From positions 20,476-84,475 of the forward strand of contig JBGQFW010000002.1 of NCBI GenBank assembly GCA_041497115.1: a DNA stretch of 64,000 nucleotides. Reading direction: 5' to 3'. The notes below the pieces were generated by a model. That model was not told where the DNA came from. It saw only the letters and a list, made by a program, of their open reading frames with translations, and did not search any database. This document shows positions 45,011 through 56,444 of this stretch, piece by piece. How positions within the stretch are numbered: position 1 is the stretch's first letter; each line of letters opens with the position of its first letter. Source of the DNA: Candidatus Methylomirabilia bacterium. GTDB lineage: Bacteria > Methylomirabilota > Methylomirabilia > Rokubacteriales > CSP1-6. A program made the position numbers and the translations under genes.

Positions 45011-45817
45011 CTATAGCCGAGCGGTCAGCGCGACAAACTCTTCTACGTTGAGGGTTTCGGCCCGGCGGCCGGGGTCCACCCCAGATGTGGTAGCGGCCTC
45101 GCGGGCCGCGGCCAGCGACAGCCCGAGCCCGCCGGCCAGGGCGTTGGCGAGCGTCTTGCGCCGGCTGCTGAACGCCGCCCGCACGACCTCGCGGAAGCGC
45201 CCCTCGAGCGCGGGCGGCACGCGCCGCGTCGCGCGCGGCGTGAGCCGCACCACCGCGGACTCCACCTGCGGTGGCGGGCGGAACGCGCCCGGCGGCACCC
45301 GCAGCGCCACCTCCACCTCGCAGACGGCCTGCGTCAGCACCGAGAGGGCGCCGTAGACCTTGCCGCCCGGCGGCGCCGCCAGCCGCTCGGCCACCTCGCG
45401 CTGGAGCATCACCACCATGCGGTCGAGCGCGGCCCGCGCCTCCAGCAGCGCGGCCACGATGGGCTTGCTCACGCTGTAGGGCAGGTTGCCGATCACCAGC
45501 ACCCGGCCGCCCGGCGGCCGGGTCAGCAGGCCGTAGTCCCACGTGCGCGCGTCGGCCTCCAGCGCCTCGACCGTGGGCAGCCGCCGCCGCAGCCGCTCGA
45601 GCAGCGCGCGGTCCACCTCGAGCGCGATGACCCGGCCGCCGCGCCGCGCCAGCTCCTCGGTCAGCGCGCCCTCGCCGGGGCCGATCTCGACGACGAGGTC
45701 CTGCGCCGTCGGCGCGAGCAGATCCACGATGGCGCGGGCGACGCCGGCGTCGCGGAGGAAGTGCTGGCCGAGCGCCCGGGTTTTACTGGCGTGGGGGGCC
45801 CCGACATGGCCCCCCAC
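45011..45817 (-). CDS. rsmA: 16S rRNA (adenine1518/1519-N6)-dimethyltransferase
   Basis: LGQHFLRD, VVEIGPGEGALTEEL, NLPYSVSKPIV. I prefer the GTG at 45817 (268 aa). The track start at 45907 would translate through the intergenic repeat element. Confidence 0.85.
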   Translation of the reverse strand: MGGHVGAPHASKTRALGQHFLRDAGVARAIVDLLAPTAQDLVVEIGPGEGALTEELARRGGRVIALEVDRALLERLRRRLPTVEALEADARTWDYGLLTRPPGGRVLVIGNLPYSVSKPIVAALLEARAALDRMVVMLQREVAERLAAPPGGKVYGALSVLTQAVCEVEVALRVPPGAFRPPPQVESAVVRLTPRATRRVPPALEGRFREVVRAAFSSRRKTLANALAGGLGLSLAAAREAATTSGVDPGRRAETLNVEEFVALTARL

Positions 45818-45864
45818 ACCCCCCCGCTGCTCGGAGCGCCCCGGGGAACCCGTGGCGCTCCTCG
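45790..45864 (-). repeat. Intergenic two-hairpin repeat element, copy A (coaE-rsmA junction)
   Basis: Homologous over about 73 nt to the units at 54838-55020. Hairpin ggggggcc-ccgacat-ggcccccc lies at 45793-45815. A second stem pairs GGAGCGCC with GGCGCTCC. Confidence 0.7.
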
Positions 45865-45899
45865 ATTCCCCGCCGCTCCGCGAGCTCGCGCCGCCCTTC

Positions 45900-46529
45900 C
45901 TACCCACGCGCGCGGGCCTCGAGGTCGGCGAGGAGGGCGCGATGGACCTCGCGGGTGCGCGCCTCGGTGGCGGCGCGGTCGCCGGAGTTGTCGATGACGT
46001 AGTCGGCCAGTCGCGCCTTGTCTCCCAGCGGCATCTGGCTGGCGATGCGGCGCTCGACGTCGGCGCGATCGCCGTCGCGGGCGATCGCCCGCTCCCGCTG
46101 GGTGGCCTCGTCGGTCACGACGACCACGAGCCGGTCCATCTGGCGGTGGCCGCCCGACTCGATCATCACCGGGGCGTCCCACACGACGAGCCCGGCGAAG
46201 CCCTGCGCCTCCAGCTCGGCCAGGCGGGCCACGAACCGCTCGCGGATGGCCGGATGGGTGATCGCCTCGAGCCGTCGGCGCCGCTCGGGCTGGGCGAAGA
46301 CGACGGCGCCCAGGCGCTTGCGGTCCAGCGTGCCGTCCGCGCGCAGCACCTCGCGGCCGAACTCCCGGGCGATCGCCTCCAGCGCGGGCCGGCCGGGCTC
46401 GACGACCTCGCGGGCCAGGGTGTCGGCGTCGAGGACGACGCACCCCAGGGATTTCAGGATCTCGGCGACGCTGCTCTTGCCGGTCGCGATGCCGCCGGTG
46501 AGGCCGACGAGGAGGAAGCGCCGGCTCAC
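45900..46529 (-). CDS. coaE: Dephospho-CoA kinase
   Basis: LVGLTGGIATGKSSV P-loop, DAD..ARE, and HP.I. GTGA overlap with the polA stop. Confidence 0.9.
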   Translation of the reverse strand: MSRRFLLVGLTGGIATGKSSVAEILKSLGCVVLDADTLAREVVEPGRPALEAIAREFGREVLRADGTLDRKRLGAVVFAQPERRRRLEAITHPAIRERFVARLAELEAQGFAGLVVWDAPVMIESGGHRQMDRLVVVVTDEATQRERAIARDGDRADVERRIASQMPLGDKARLADYVIDNSGDRAATEARTREVHRALLADLEARARG

Positions 46530-49102
46530 ACCTGGGACCAGTCGAGGCCGGTCTTCACGTCGACGACGACGGGCACCGCGAGCGGGAGTGCGGCCTCCAT
46601 GAGCTGGCGCGCCAGCGCCACGATCGCCTCGACCTCGTCGGGGGGCGCCTCGAACAGCAGCTCGTCGTGCACCTGCAGCAGCATGCGGCCGCGCAGGCCG
46701 CGCTCGCGCAGCGCCGCGTGCGTGCGCACCATGGCGATCTTGATCATGTCGCTGGCGGTCCCCTGCACCGGGGCGTTCATGGCCATGCGCTCGGCGGCGT
46801 TGCGGGCGACCGGGTTGCTCGAGCGCAGGTCGGGCAGGTAGCGCCGCCGGCCCAGCAGCGTCGTGACGAAGCCGCGCTCGCGCCCGTCCTCCAGCGTGCG
46901 ATCGATGAAGGCGCGCACGCGGGGGTGCGCGGCGAAGTAGGCGTCGATGTACCGCTGCGCCTCCTTCTGGTCGATCTTGGTCGCCTGCGACAGCCCGAAG
47001 GCGGAGACGCCGTAGAGGATCGCGTAGTTCGCGCTCTTGGCGATCGTGCGCTGCAGCGAGGTCACCGCCCCCGGCTCCAGCCGGAACACCTCGCACGCCG
47101 TGCGCGTGTGGATGTCCTCGCCGCGCCGGAACGACTCGATGAGGGCCGGCTCGCCGGAGAGGTGGGCGAGGATGCGCAGCTCGATCTGCGAGTAGTCGGC
47201 CGCCACGAAGCGCCACCCCTCGGCGGGCACGAACGCCGCCCGGATCCGCCGGCCGAGCTCGGTGCGGATCGGGATGTTCATGAGGTTGGGGTCCTGGCTG
47301 GACAGCCGCCCGGTCGCCGCCACCAGCTGGTTGAACGTGGTGTGGATGCGCCCGGTCGCCGGGTTCACCAGCCGCGGCAGCGCGTCGGCGTACGTCCCCT
47401 TGAGCTTGGCCAGCATGCGGTGCTCGAGCACCCTGCCCGGCAGCGGATGGTCGAGCGCGCTCAGCACGTCGGCGTCCGTCGAGTAGCCGGTCTTCGTGCG
47501 CCGCAGCGCCGGCAGCTTGAGCTTCTCGAAGAGGATGGCGGCGAGCTGCTTGGGCGAGGCGATCGCGAACTCCTCGCCGGCCAGCGCGTGGATCTCGCGC
47601 GTGAGGTTCTCGAGGTTGCGCTCCAGCTCCTTGGCGAAGGCCTCCAGCCGCTCGGGCTCCACGCGGATGCCGAGCTGCTCCATGTCGGCCAGCACCGGCA
47701 CCAGCGGGCGCTCGATCTCGTCGTAGATGCGCCGCAGCTCGCGCGCGTCCAGGTCGGCGGCGGCGTGCCGCCAGTAGCGCACGAGCCAGCGCGCCCGCTC
47801 GCCCAGCACCGCGCCGAGCGCGTCGTCCACCGCGCGACCCTCGGGCCCGGCGGCGGGCAGCGTCGGCGGGCACCCGCCGAGCGCCTCCATGCACACCTCG
47901 TCGAGGCGGTAGCTCGTCCGGGCCGGATTGAGCAGGTACGACGCCAGCGCGGAGTCCTCGGCGACGGGCAGCGCGACGCCGGCGGCCAGCCACGCCGCCA
48001 GCAGCGGCTTGGCGTCGTGCACGATCAGCGGGCGGGCGCCGAGCGGCGGCGCGCCGGCGATCCAGGCGGCGCCGGCCGCCTCATGGAAGAGGCCGAGCGC
48101 GTCCAGGCGCGGCACGGGCGGGCGCGGATCGCCGACCCAGTCCACCGCCAGCGGCTCGCCCGCGGGCACCCGGGCCAGATAGTCGGCGAGCGCGTCGGCG
48201 GAGTCGAGGCGGGCCACCGGCTCCGCGCTCACCGCCACCGGCGTCGCCGGCAGCTCCTTGACGAGACGCGTGAACTCCATCTCCATCCAGAGCGCGCGCA
48301 GCTTGATCCAGTCCGGCTCGTCGCGCCGGAACGCTTCGAGGTCGAGCGCCACCGGCGCGCTGCGCGCGAGCAGGGCCAGCTCGCGCGAGAGCAGCGCCTG
48401 CTTGCGGCCGGTCGCCAGCGTCTCGCGCAGCTTGCCGGGGATCAGCGTGAGGTTCTCGTAGACGCGCTCCACCGAGCCGAACTGGTTGATGAGCTTGACG
48501 GCCGTCTTCTCGCCCACCCCCTTGACGCCCGGGATGTTGTCGATCGCGTCGCCCATGAGCGCGAGCACGTCGGCGATCTGGCCCGGCTCCACGCCCCACC
48601 GCTCGCGCACCTTCGCCTCGTCGTAGACGACCTTCTCGCCGGTGCGGCCGAGCACCGACAGCACGCGCACGCGGGGGCCGACGAGCTGCAGCAGGTCCTT
48701 GTCGCCGCTGACGACGACCACCTCGAGGTCGGGGTGGCGCAGCGCCTGCTCGACCAGCGTGGCCAGCACGTCGTCGGCCTCGTAGCCCGGCACCTCCACC
48801 ACCGGCGTCCGCAGCGCCTCGAACAGCCGCCGCACGTACGGCAGCTGGCGCACGAGGTCGTCGGGCATGGCCGCGCGCGTCGCCTTGTACTCGGCGTAGA
48901 GCTTGTCCCGGAACGTCGGGCCCGGTGGATCCAGCGCGATGCCCAGATAGTCGGGGTGCTCCTCGCGGACCAGCTTCCAGAGCATGTTGCTGAGGATCAG
49001 CACCGCGTGGCTCGGCACGCCCTTGGAGGTGGAGAGGTAGCCGACCGCGTGGTAGGCGCGGAAGATGTGCGAGTGCCCGTCGACGATATAGAGCGTCTTC
49101 AT
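46526..49102 (-). CDS. polA: DNA polymerase I
   Basis: 5'-nuclease domain (MKTLYIVDGHSHIFRAYHA), a central exonuclease-like domain, and pol motifs (DYSQIELRILAH, RTIAKSANYAILYG, QVHDELLFE). Confidence 0.97.
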   Translation of the reverse strand: MKTLYIVDGHSHIFRAYHAVGYLSTSKGVPSHAVLILSNMLWKLVREEHPDYLGIALDPPGPTFRDKLYAEYKATRAAMPDDLVRQLPYVRRLFEALRTPVVEVPGYEADDVLATLVEQALRHPDLEVVVVSGDKDLLQLVGPRVRVLSVLGRTGEKVVYDEAKVRERWGVEPGQIADVLALMGDAIDNIPGVKGVGEKTAVKLINQFGSVERVYENLTLIPGKLRETLATGRKQALLSRELALLARSAPVALDLEAFRRDEPDWIKLRALWMEMEFTRLVKELPATPVAVSAEPVARLDSADALADYLARVPAGEPLAVDWVGDPRPPVPRLDALGLFHEAAGAAWIAGAPPLGARPLIVHDAKPLLAAWLAAGVALPVAEDSALASYLLNPARTSYRLDEVCMEALGGCPPTLPAAGPEGRAVDDALGAVLGERARWLVRYWRHAAADLDARELRRIYDEIERPLVPVLADMEQLGIRVEPERLEAFAKELERNLENLTREIHALAGEEFAIASPKQLAAILFEKLKLPALRRTKTGYSTDADVLSALDHPLPGRVLEHRMLAKLKGTYADALPRLVNPATGRIHTTFNQLVAATGRLSSQDPNLMNIPIRTELGRRIRAAFVPAEGWRFVAADYSQIELRILAHLSGEPALIESFRRGEDIHTRTACEVFRLEPGAVTSLQRTIAKSANYAILYGVSAFGLSQATKIDQKEAQRYIDAYFAAHPRVRAFIDRTLEDGRERGFVTTLLGRRRYLPDLRSSNPVARNAAERMAMNAPVQGTASDMIKIAMVRTHAALRERGLRGRMLLQVHDELLFEAPPDEVEAIVALARQLMEAALPLAVPVVVDVKTGLDWSQV

Positions 49103-52100
49103 GGGAGCGGGTGGCGTGAGCCCGCGTCGGAACGTGGGTGGCCTGGCTTAGAAGGTTGCCGGCTGCGTTCGGCTCCCCCGACGACGGTCTCGAATGTCTC
49201 GCGCACGGCCTCGGTGCGCTCGTTGTAGGCGGTGAGGAAGGCGTCGCGGGAGGGCAGGCCGAGGGCGCTGGCGACGCGGGCGGGCATGGGGCCGGCCAGC
49301 TCCAGCGTGTCGGTCGGGCGCGCGCCGAGCAGCCGCAGCGCGGCGGAGACGCGCCGCAGGAACCGGTAGTGGTCGGCCAGCGCGGCGGCGGTGGCGGGCG
49401 CCAGCGCGCCGACGCGGGCGAGGCCGGCCAGGGCGGCGGCGGTGGACGGCCGCCGCACGTCGGGGTGGCGGGCGCCGTGGACGAGCTGCAGGGCCTGGGC
49501 GAGGAACTCGACGTCCACCAGGCCGCCCCGGCCGAGCTTCACGTGCCGGCGGCCCGGCGTCTCCTTGCCCAGCTCGACCTCCATGCGCGTGCGCACCTGG
49601 GCGATCTCCTTGAGCGCGCTCGCGGGGAGCGGCGCGCCGTACACGAGCCGCCGGAGCGCGGCCCGCACGCGGCGGCCGAGCCCGGGGTCGCCGAGCACCA
49701 GGCGCGCGCGCGTCAGCGTCTGGCGCTCCCACAGGTCCCCGTGCTCCTCATAGTACCGTTGCAGCGCGTCGATGGAGGACGCGAAGCCGCTGCCCTTGCT
49801 GCCGGGGCGCAGGCGCAGATCGACCGCGAAGGCGACGCCGGCCTGGGTGATGTCGCCGAGCGCGCCGGCCAGCCGCTCGACGGCGCCGCTGTAGAAGGTG
49901 TGCACGTCCACCGGGGTCGCGCCGTCGGTCGTCCCCTCGCCCGCCCCCGGCGCGTCGAAGACGACGAAGAGATCGAGGTCGGAGCCGGTCGTGAGCTCGC
50001 GGCCGCCCAGCTTGCCGACGCCCACGATGACGGCGGGCACGAACTCTCCGTCGTCGGCGCGCGGGATGCCGTGGCGCTCGACCTGGGCGTCGAGCGCCAT
50101 CCGCCACCCCGCTTCCAGCGTCGCCTCGGCCAGCCGCGTCATCTCGCGCGCGTACCCCTCGATCGTCGTCGCGCCGAGCAGATAGCGCCAGACGATCGTC
50201 AGCTCCTCGGCCTGCTTGATCCAACGGACCCGGTCGCGCCGCTCGGCCGGTGCCAGGCCCGGGGCGAACACCGCCGCCAGCGCCGCCCGCAGCCCCGCGC
50301 GCGTGCGCGGCCGGCCGAGCGCGGCCGGATCGGCCAGCGAGGCGAGCAGCTCGGGCTGGGTGATGAGGAGCTGGGTCAGCAGATCGCCGCCCGCGCAGAG
50401 GCGCACGAGGCCGTCGAGCAGCGTCGGGCTCTTCGCCAGCAGCTCGATGTACCCCGCCCGGGGCCCCGTCGCCGACAGGAAGCGCTCGAACTGGTTCAGC
50501 GCCTCGTCGGGGTCGGGGCTCTTCCAGAGCGTGTCGAGGAGCGCCGGGTACAGCCGCGCGAGGGCCTCGCCCAGCGCGCCCGCGTAGGGAACGAGCGGCC
50601 GCCCCTCGAGGATCAACCGGAGGTTCTGGCGCGCGCGCTCGGGATCGGCGAAGCCTGTCGCCCGCAGCGCGAGCAGGCTCGGCAGCCGCGGGCGCTGGCG
50701 CGCCGCCGCCGGCCGCTCGCTGAAGAAGCCGGCGAAGGCGCGATGCACCGCGGTGGTGACCGCGCGATGGCGCGCCCGGAACGCGCGGGCGGCGGCCGCC
50801 GGCGGCGCCTCGATGCCGAGGCGGCGGGCGAGGCGGCCGACCTCCGCCGTCGACTCGGGCAGGGTGTGGGTCTGGAACTCGTGCAGCAGCTGCAGTCGGT
50901 GCTCGACCGTGCGCAGGTGCACCAGCGCGTGGGACAGCGTGCGGCCGAGGTCGGGGGCGAGATAGCCCCGCTCGGTGAGCCGGAACAGCGCCTTGAGCGA
51001 GTTGCGCTCGCGCAGCCACGCGTCGTCGCCGCCGTAGAGAAGCTGCAGCGCCTGCACGATGAACTCGATCTCGCGGATGCCGCCGCGGCCGAGCTTGACG
51101 TTGGCGCCCGGCGTCTGGCCCCGCCGCCCCAGCTCGCGGTCGATCCCGCCCTTCATCGCCCGGATGGCCGGCAGGATGCGCGCGTCCACGCCCGGCCGGT
51201 AGACGACCTCGCCCGCCCAGTCCATGAAGCGGGCGCCTACCAAGGCATCGCCGGCGACGACGCGCGCCTTGAGCAGCGCCTGCCGCTCCCACAGCTCGGC
51301 GCGCTCGCGGTGGTAGGCGCGAAAGCCGTCGAGCGACAGCGCGACGGCCCCCATGCGCCCCTCGGGCCGCAGCCGCAGGTCCACGCGGAAGACGTAGCCC
51401 TCCTCGGTGACCGCCTCGATGATCGCGGCGATGTCGCGGCATACCCGGGCGAAGTACTCCCCGTTGGCGAGCCGCCCGTCGGGCCCGCCGGCGGTGTCGC
51501 CGTCGGCGCCGTAGACGAACATCAGGTCGATGTCGGAGGAGTAGTTCAGCTCCTCGCCGCCGAGCTTGCCCATGCCGATGATGGCCAGCCCCGTCTCGCC
51601 GCCCTGCGCGTCGAGCGGCGCGCCGACCCGCGCGCGCGCCGGCGCGTCGGCCATCCGCCACGCCTCGGCCAGGCACACGTCGGCCAGCCGCGCCAGCTCT
51701 CCGGTCGTCACGCTGAGGTCGGCGTCGCCCAGCAGGTCGCGGGCGCCGATGCGGAGCACGTGCCGGTACTTGAAGCGCCGCAGCGCGTTCGCCCGCGCCT
51801 CTCGCGCGGTGAAGGGCGCCAGCGACAGCGCGAGATCGGCGGCGAGGTCGTCGGCCAGCCACACGCGCATGGCGCGCGGCTCGAGCAGCCAGGCCAGGCT
51901 GGACGGCCGGCGGCGGAGCGCGTCGGCGAGGAACTGGCTGCCGCCGCCGAGGCGGGCGAGCAGCGGGATCGCGCCGGGATGGTCGGCCAGCGTGCGGAAG
52001 AAGACGGCGCGGTCGACGAGGGCGGCGTAGCGCTCGAGGTTGTTGAGCGCCATGTCCGGATCGGCCGCCGCCGCCAGCTCGGCCAGCAGCCGCTCCAGCA

Positions 52101-52244
52101 CCGGCGCCAGCCGCTCGGCGTCGGGCGGCGTCGGCGTCAGCGCGTCGAGGTTCGCCCCCGCCGCCCGCGGATCCTGGAACCCGAGCCGCCGGAGCGCGCG
52201 GGCGCGCACCGGCGGCGACGCCGTCAGCAGCTCGGGGGCCGTCA

Positions 52245-52245
<1 letters not shown>
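49099..52245 (-). CDS. glnE: Bifunctional [glutamine synthetase] adenylyltransferase / adenylyl-removing enzyme
   Basis: 1048 aa with two nucleotidyltransferase halves (GKLGGEELNYSSDIDLMFVY and GKLGGRELTTGSDLDLFVVF). Confidence 0.95.
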
Positions 52246-54191
<1,946 letters not shown>

Positions 54192-54195
<4 letters not shown>

Positions 54196-54848
54196 GGCGT
54201 CAGCTCGCCCCCGGCGGCGAGGGTCGCGCGCAGGGGCGGCCCGGGCGCCAGGTCGCCGGCCAGGTGCGCGGTGTCGTTGAGCGAGACCAGCCGCGGCGGC
54301 CGCGCCACCGTGAGCGAGGCGTTGTCCACGCGCAGCCGCCACAGCTGGTTGAAGTCGCAGCCGAGCAGGTGGCAGACGTACACGCTGATGACCCCGCCGT
54401 GGCTGACGACCAGCACGTCGTCGCCGTCGGGATGCGCGGCGGCGATGCGCTCGAGGGCGGCCCGCACGCGCTCGCCCACCGCCGGCAGCGGCTCGCCGCC
54501 CGGCGGGGGGCAGTCGTGGGGCGCCCGCACCCACGCCCGGTAGGGATCGCCGGCCTGGGCGCGGATCTCGTCCACCGTGCACCCCTCCCACGCGCCGAGC
54601 GAGAGCTCACGCAGCTCCTCGATCACGGTCAACCGCACGCCGCTCTCGCGCAGCGCCAGCTCGGCCGTCTCCCGCGCCCGGCGGAACGGGCTCACGTAGG
54701 CGGCCGCCACGCGACGGCCGCGCAGCGCGCGTCCCAGCGCCTCGGCCTGCGCGCGCCCGCGCGCCGACAGCTCGACGTCCGTGTTGCCCTGGAAGCGCCG
54801 CTCGGCGTTCCACACCGACTCGCCGTGGCGCGCCAGCAGGAGTCTCAT
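54192..54848 (-). CDS. Histidine phosphatase family protein (phosphoglycerate-mutase / CobC-like)
   Basis: MRLLLARHGESVWNAERRFQG (RHG motif) ... VVSHGGVI. Confidence 0.85.
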
Positions 54849-55020
54849 CTATCGTTCTGGGGGCCCCGACATGGCCCCCAGACCCCCAACGCTCGGACGC
54901 GCCCCGGCACAGCCGTGGCGCGCCTCGGCAGGAGTCTCATCTATCCTCTGGGGGCCCCGACATGGCCCCCAGACCCCCAACGCTCGGACGCGCCCCGGCA
55001 CAGCCGTGGCGCGCCTCGGG
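54838..55020 (-). repeat. Tandem duplication (92 + 91 nt) of the two-hairpin repeat element, including a copy of the phosphatase start codon
   Basis: Units 54838-54929 and 54930-55020 are near-identical (cgtt vs cct, and the final base differs). Each carries tgggggcc-ccgacat-ggccccca (54858-54880 and 54949-54971) and aggagtctcat, the reverse complement of ATGAGACTCCT. Confidence 0.9.
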
Positions 55021-55036
55021 TGAACGCCGGGACCCC

Positions 55037-56443
55037 TCATCGCGCGGCCGCCGCCTGCGCGGCGCGCAGCCGGGCGAGCGTCTCCGCCCGGCCCAGCAGC
55101 GCCAGCACCTGGAAGATCGGCGGCGAGGCCGTGCGGCCGCTGACGGCCAGCCGGGCCAGCTGGGCGAGGTCCACGAGCTTGAGCGACAGCTCGGCGGCGA
55201 GCGCACGCACCGCCGCCTCGATCGCCTCGGCCGTGAACGGCTCCAGCGTCTCCACGCGCTGCGCGAGCCGCGCGAGGCGCTGCGCCCCCTCCGCCGTCAG
55301 GAATTTCTCGGCGGCCGCCGCCTCGTAGGCGGTGGGCGGCGCGAGGTAGAAGCGGGCCTGCTCGACGAGGTCGACCAGCGTCCGCGCCCGCTCGCGCAGC
55401 GTCTCCAGCATCGCGGCCAGCCGCGCGCGGTCGGCGGGCGCCGGCAGGCCGGCCCGCTCGAGGAACGGCAGCGCCATCGCGGCCAGCCCGGCGCCGTCGG
55501 TCTGCTTGAGGTACTCGTGCGAGAGCCACTCGAGCTTGGCGCGGTCGAAGATCGCCCCCGAGGGCGCCACGTCCTTGACGTCGAACCGCTCGATCAGCTC
55601 CCGGCGCGAGAAGATCTCCTGGTCGCCGTGCGACCACCCCAGGCGCGCGAGATAGTTGACCATCGCCGCCGGCAGGATCCCCTCGTCGCGAAACGCCTGC
55701 ACGGCGGTGGCGCCGTGCCGCTTGCTCAGGCGGCTGCGGTCGGGGCCGAGGATCATCGAGACGTGGGCGAACTGGGGCACCGGGTAGCCGAGCGCCTCGT
55801 AGCAGAGCACCTGCTTGGGCGTGTTCGAGAGGTGGTCGTTGCCGCGAATGACGTGGGTGATCCGCATGTCCACGTCGTCCACCACCACGCAGAAGTTGTA
55901 GGTCGGCGTGGTGTCGGTGCGCACGAGGATCCAGTCGTCGAGCTGCCGGTGCTCGAACACCACCGGCCCGTGGATGAGGTCGTGCACGATCGTGCTGCCC
56001 TCGTCGGGGATGCGCAGCCGCAGCGCGCCGGCGGCGAGGCCGCGATCCCGGCACCGCCCGGAGTAGCGGAACGTCTCCTTGCGCGCCTCCGCCGCCCGGC
56101 GCTCGGCCTCGAGCTGCGCGGGCGGGCAGTCGCAGAAGTAGGCGCGCCCGGCCGCCCGCAGCCGCTCGGCGTGCGCGCGATAGAGGTCGAAGCGCTCGGT
56201 CTGGCGGTAGCCGGGCGCCGGCGGCCCCTCGTCCCAGTCCAGCCCCAGCCAGGTCAGCGCGTCGAGGATGAGGCCGATATGCTCCTCGGTCGAGCGCGAG
56301 CGGTCGGTGTCCTCGATGCGCAGAATGAACGCGCCGCCGTGGTGGCGGGCGAAGAGCCAGTTGAACAGCGCGGTGCGAGCGCCGCCGACGTGCAGATGGC
56401 CGGTCGGGCTCGGCGCGAAGCGGACCCTGACGCCGTCGCTCAT
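55037..56443 (-). CDS. gltX: Glutamate--tRNA ligase
   Basis: VRVRFAPSPTGHLHVGGARTALFNW (HIGH) and LSKRHG (KMSKS). Confidence 0.97.
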   Translation of the reverse strand: MSDGVRVRFAPSPTGHLHVGGARTALFNWLFARHHGGAFILRIEDTDRSRSTEEHIGLILDALTWLGLDWDEGPPAPGYRQTERFDLYRAHAERLRAAGRAYFCDCPPAQLEAERRAAEARKETFRYSGRCRDRGLAAGALRLRIPDEGSTIVHDLIHGPVVFEHRQLDDWILVRTDTTPTYNFCVVVDDVDMRITHVIRGNDHLSNTPKQVLCYEALGYPVPQFAHVSMILGPDRSRLSKRHGATAVQAFRDEGILPAAMVNYLARLGWSHGDQEIFSRRELIERFDVKDVAPSGAIFDRAKLEWLSHEYLKQTDGAGLAAMALPFLERAGLPAPADRARLAAMLETLRERARTLVDLVEQARFYLAPPTAYEAAAAEKFLTAEGAQRLARLAQRVETLEPFTAEAIEAAVRALAAELSLKLVDLAQLARLAVSGRTASPPIFQVLALLGRAETLARLRAAQAAAAR

Positions 56444-56444
56444 G

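Noticed and set aside
45818-45907. The long rsmA start at 45907 (a 30-aa Gly/Ser/Arg-rich N-terminal extension overlapping the coaE stop).
   Set aside because: The extension would be translated from the intergenic repeat element and is low complexity. GTG at 45817 gives a 268-aa protein of normal KsgA size. It is kept only as an alternative.
54838-55020. A CRISPR array or minisatellite explanation for the repeats between gltX and the phosphatase.
   Set aside because: There are only two directly abutting units with no unique spacers. The unit is about 91 nt and includes part of a coding sequence. No cas genes are present. A tandem duplication of an intergenic repeat element explains it better.
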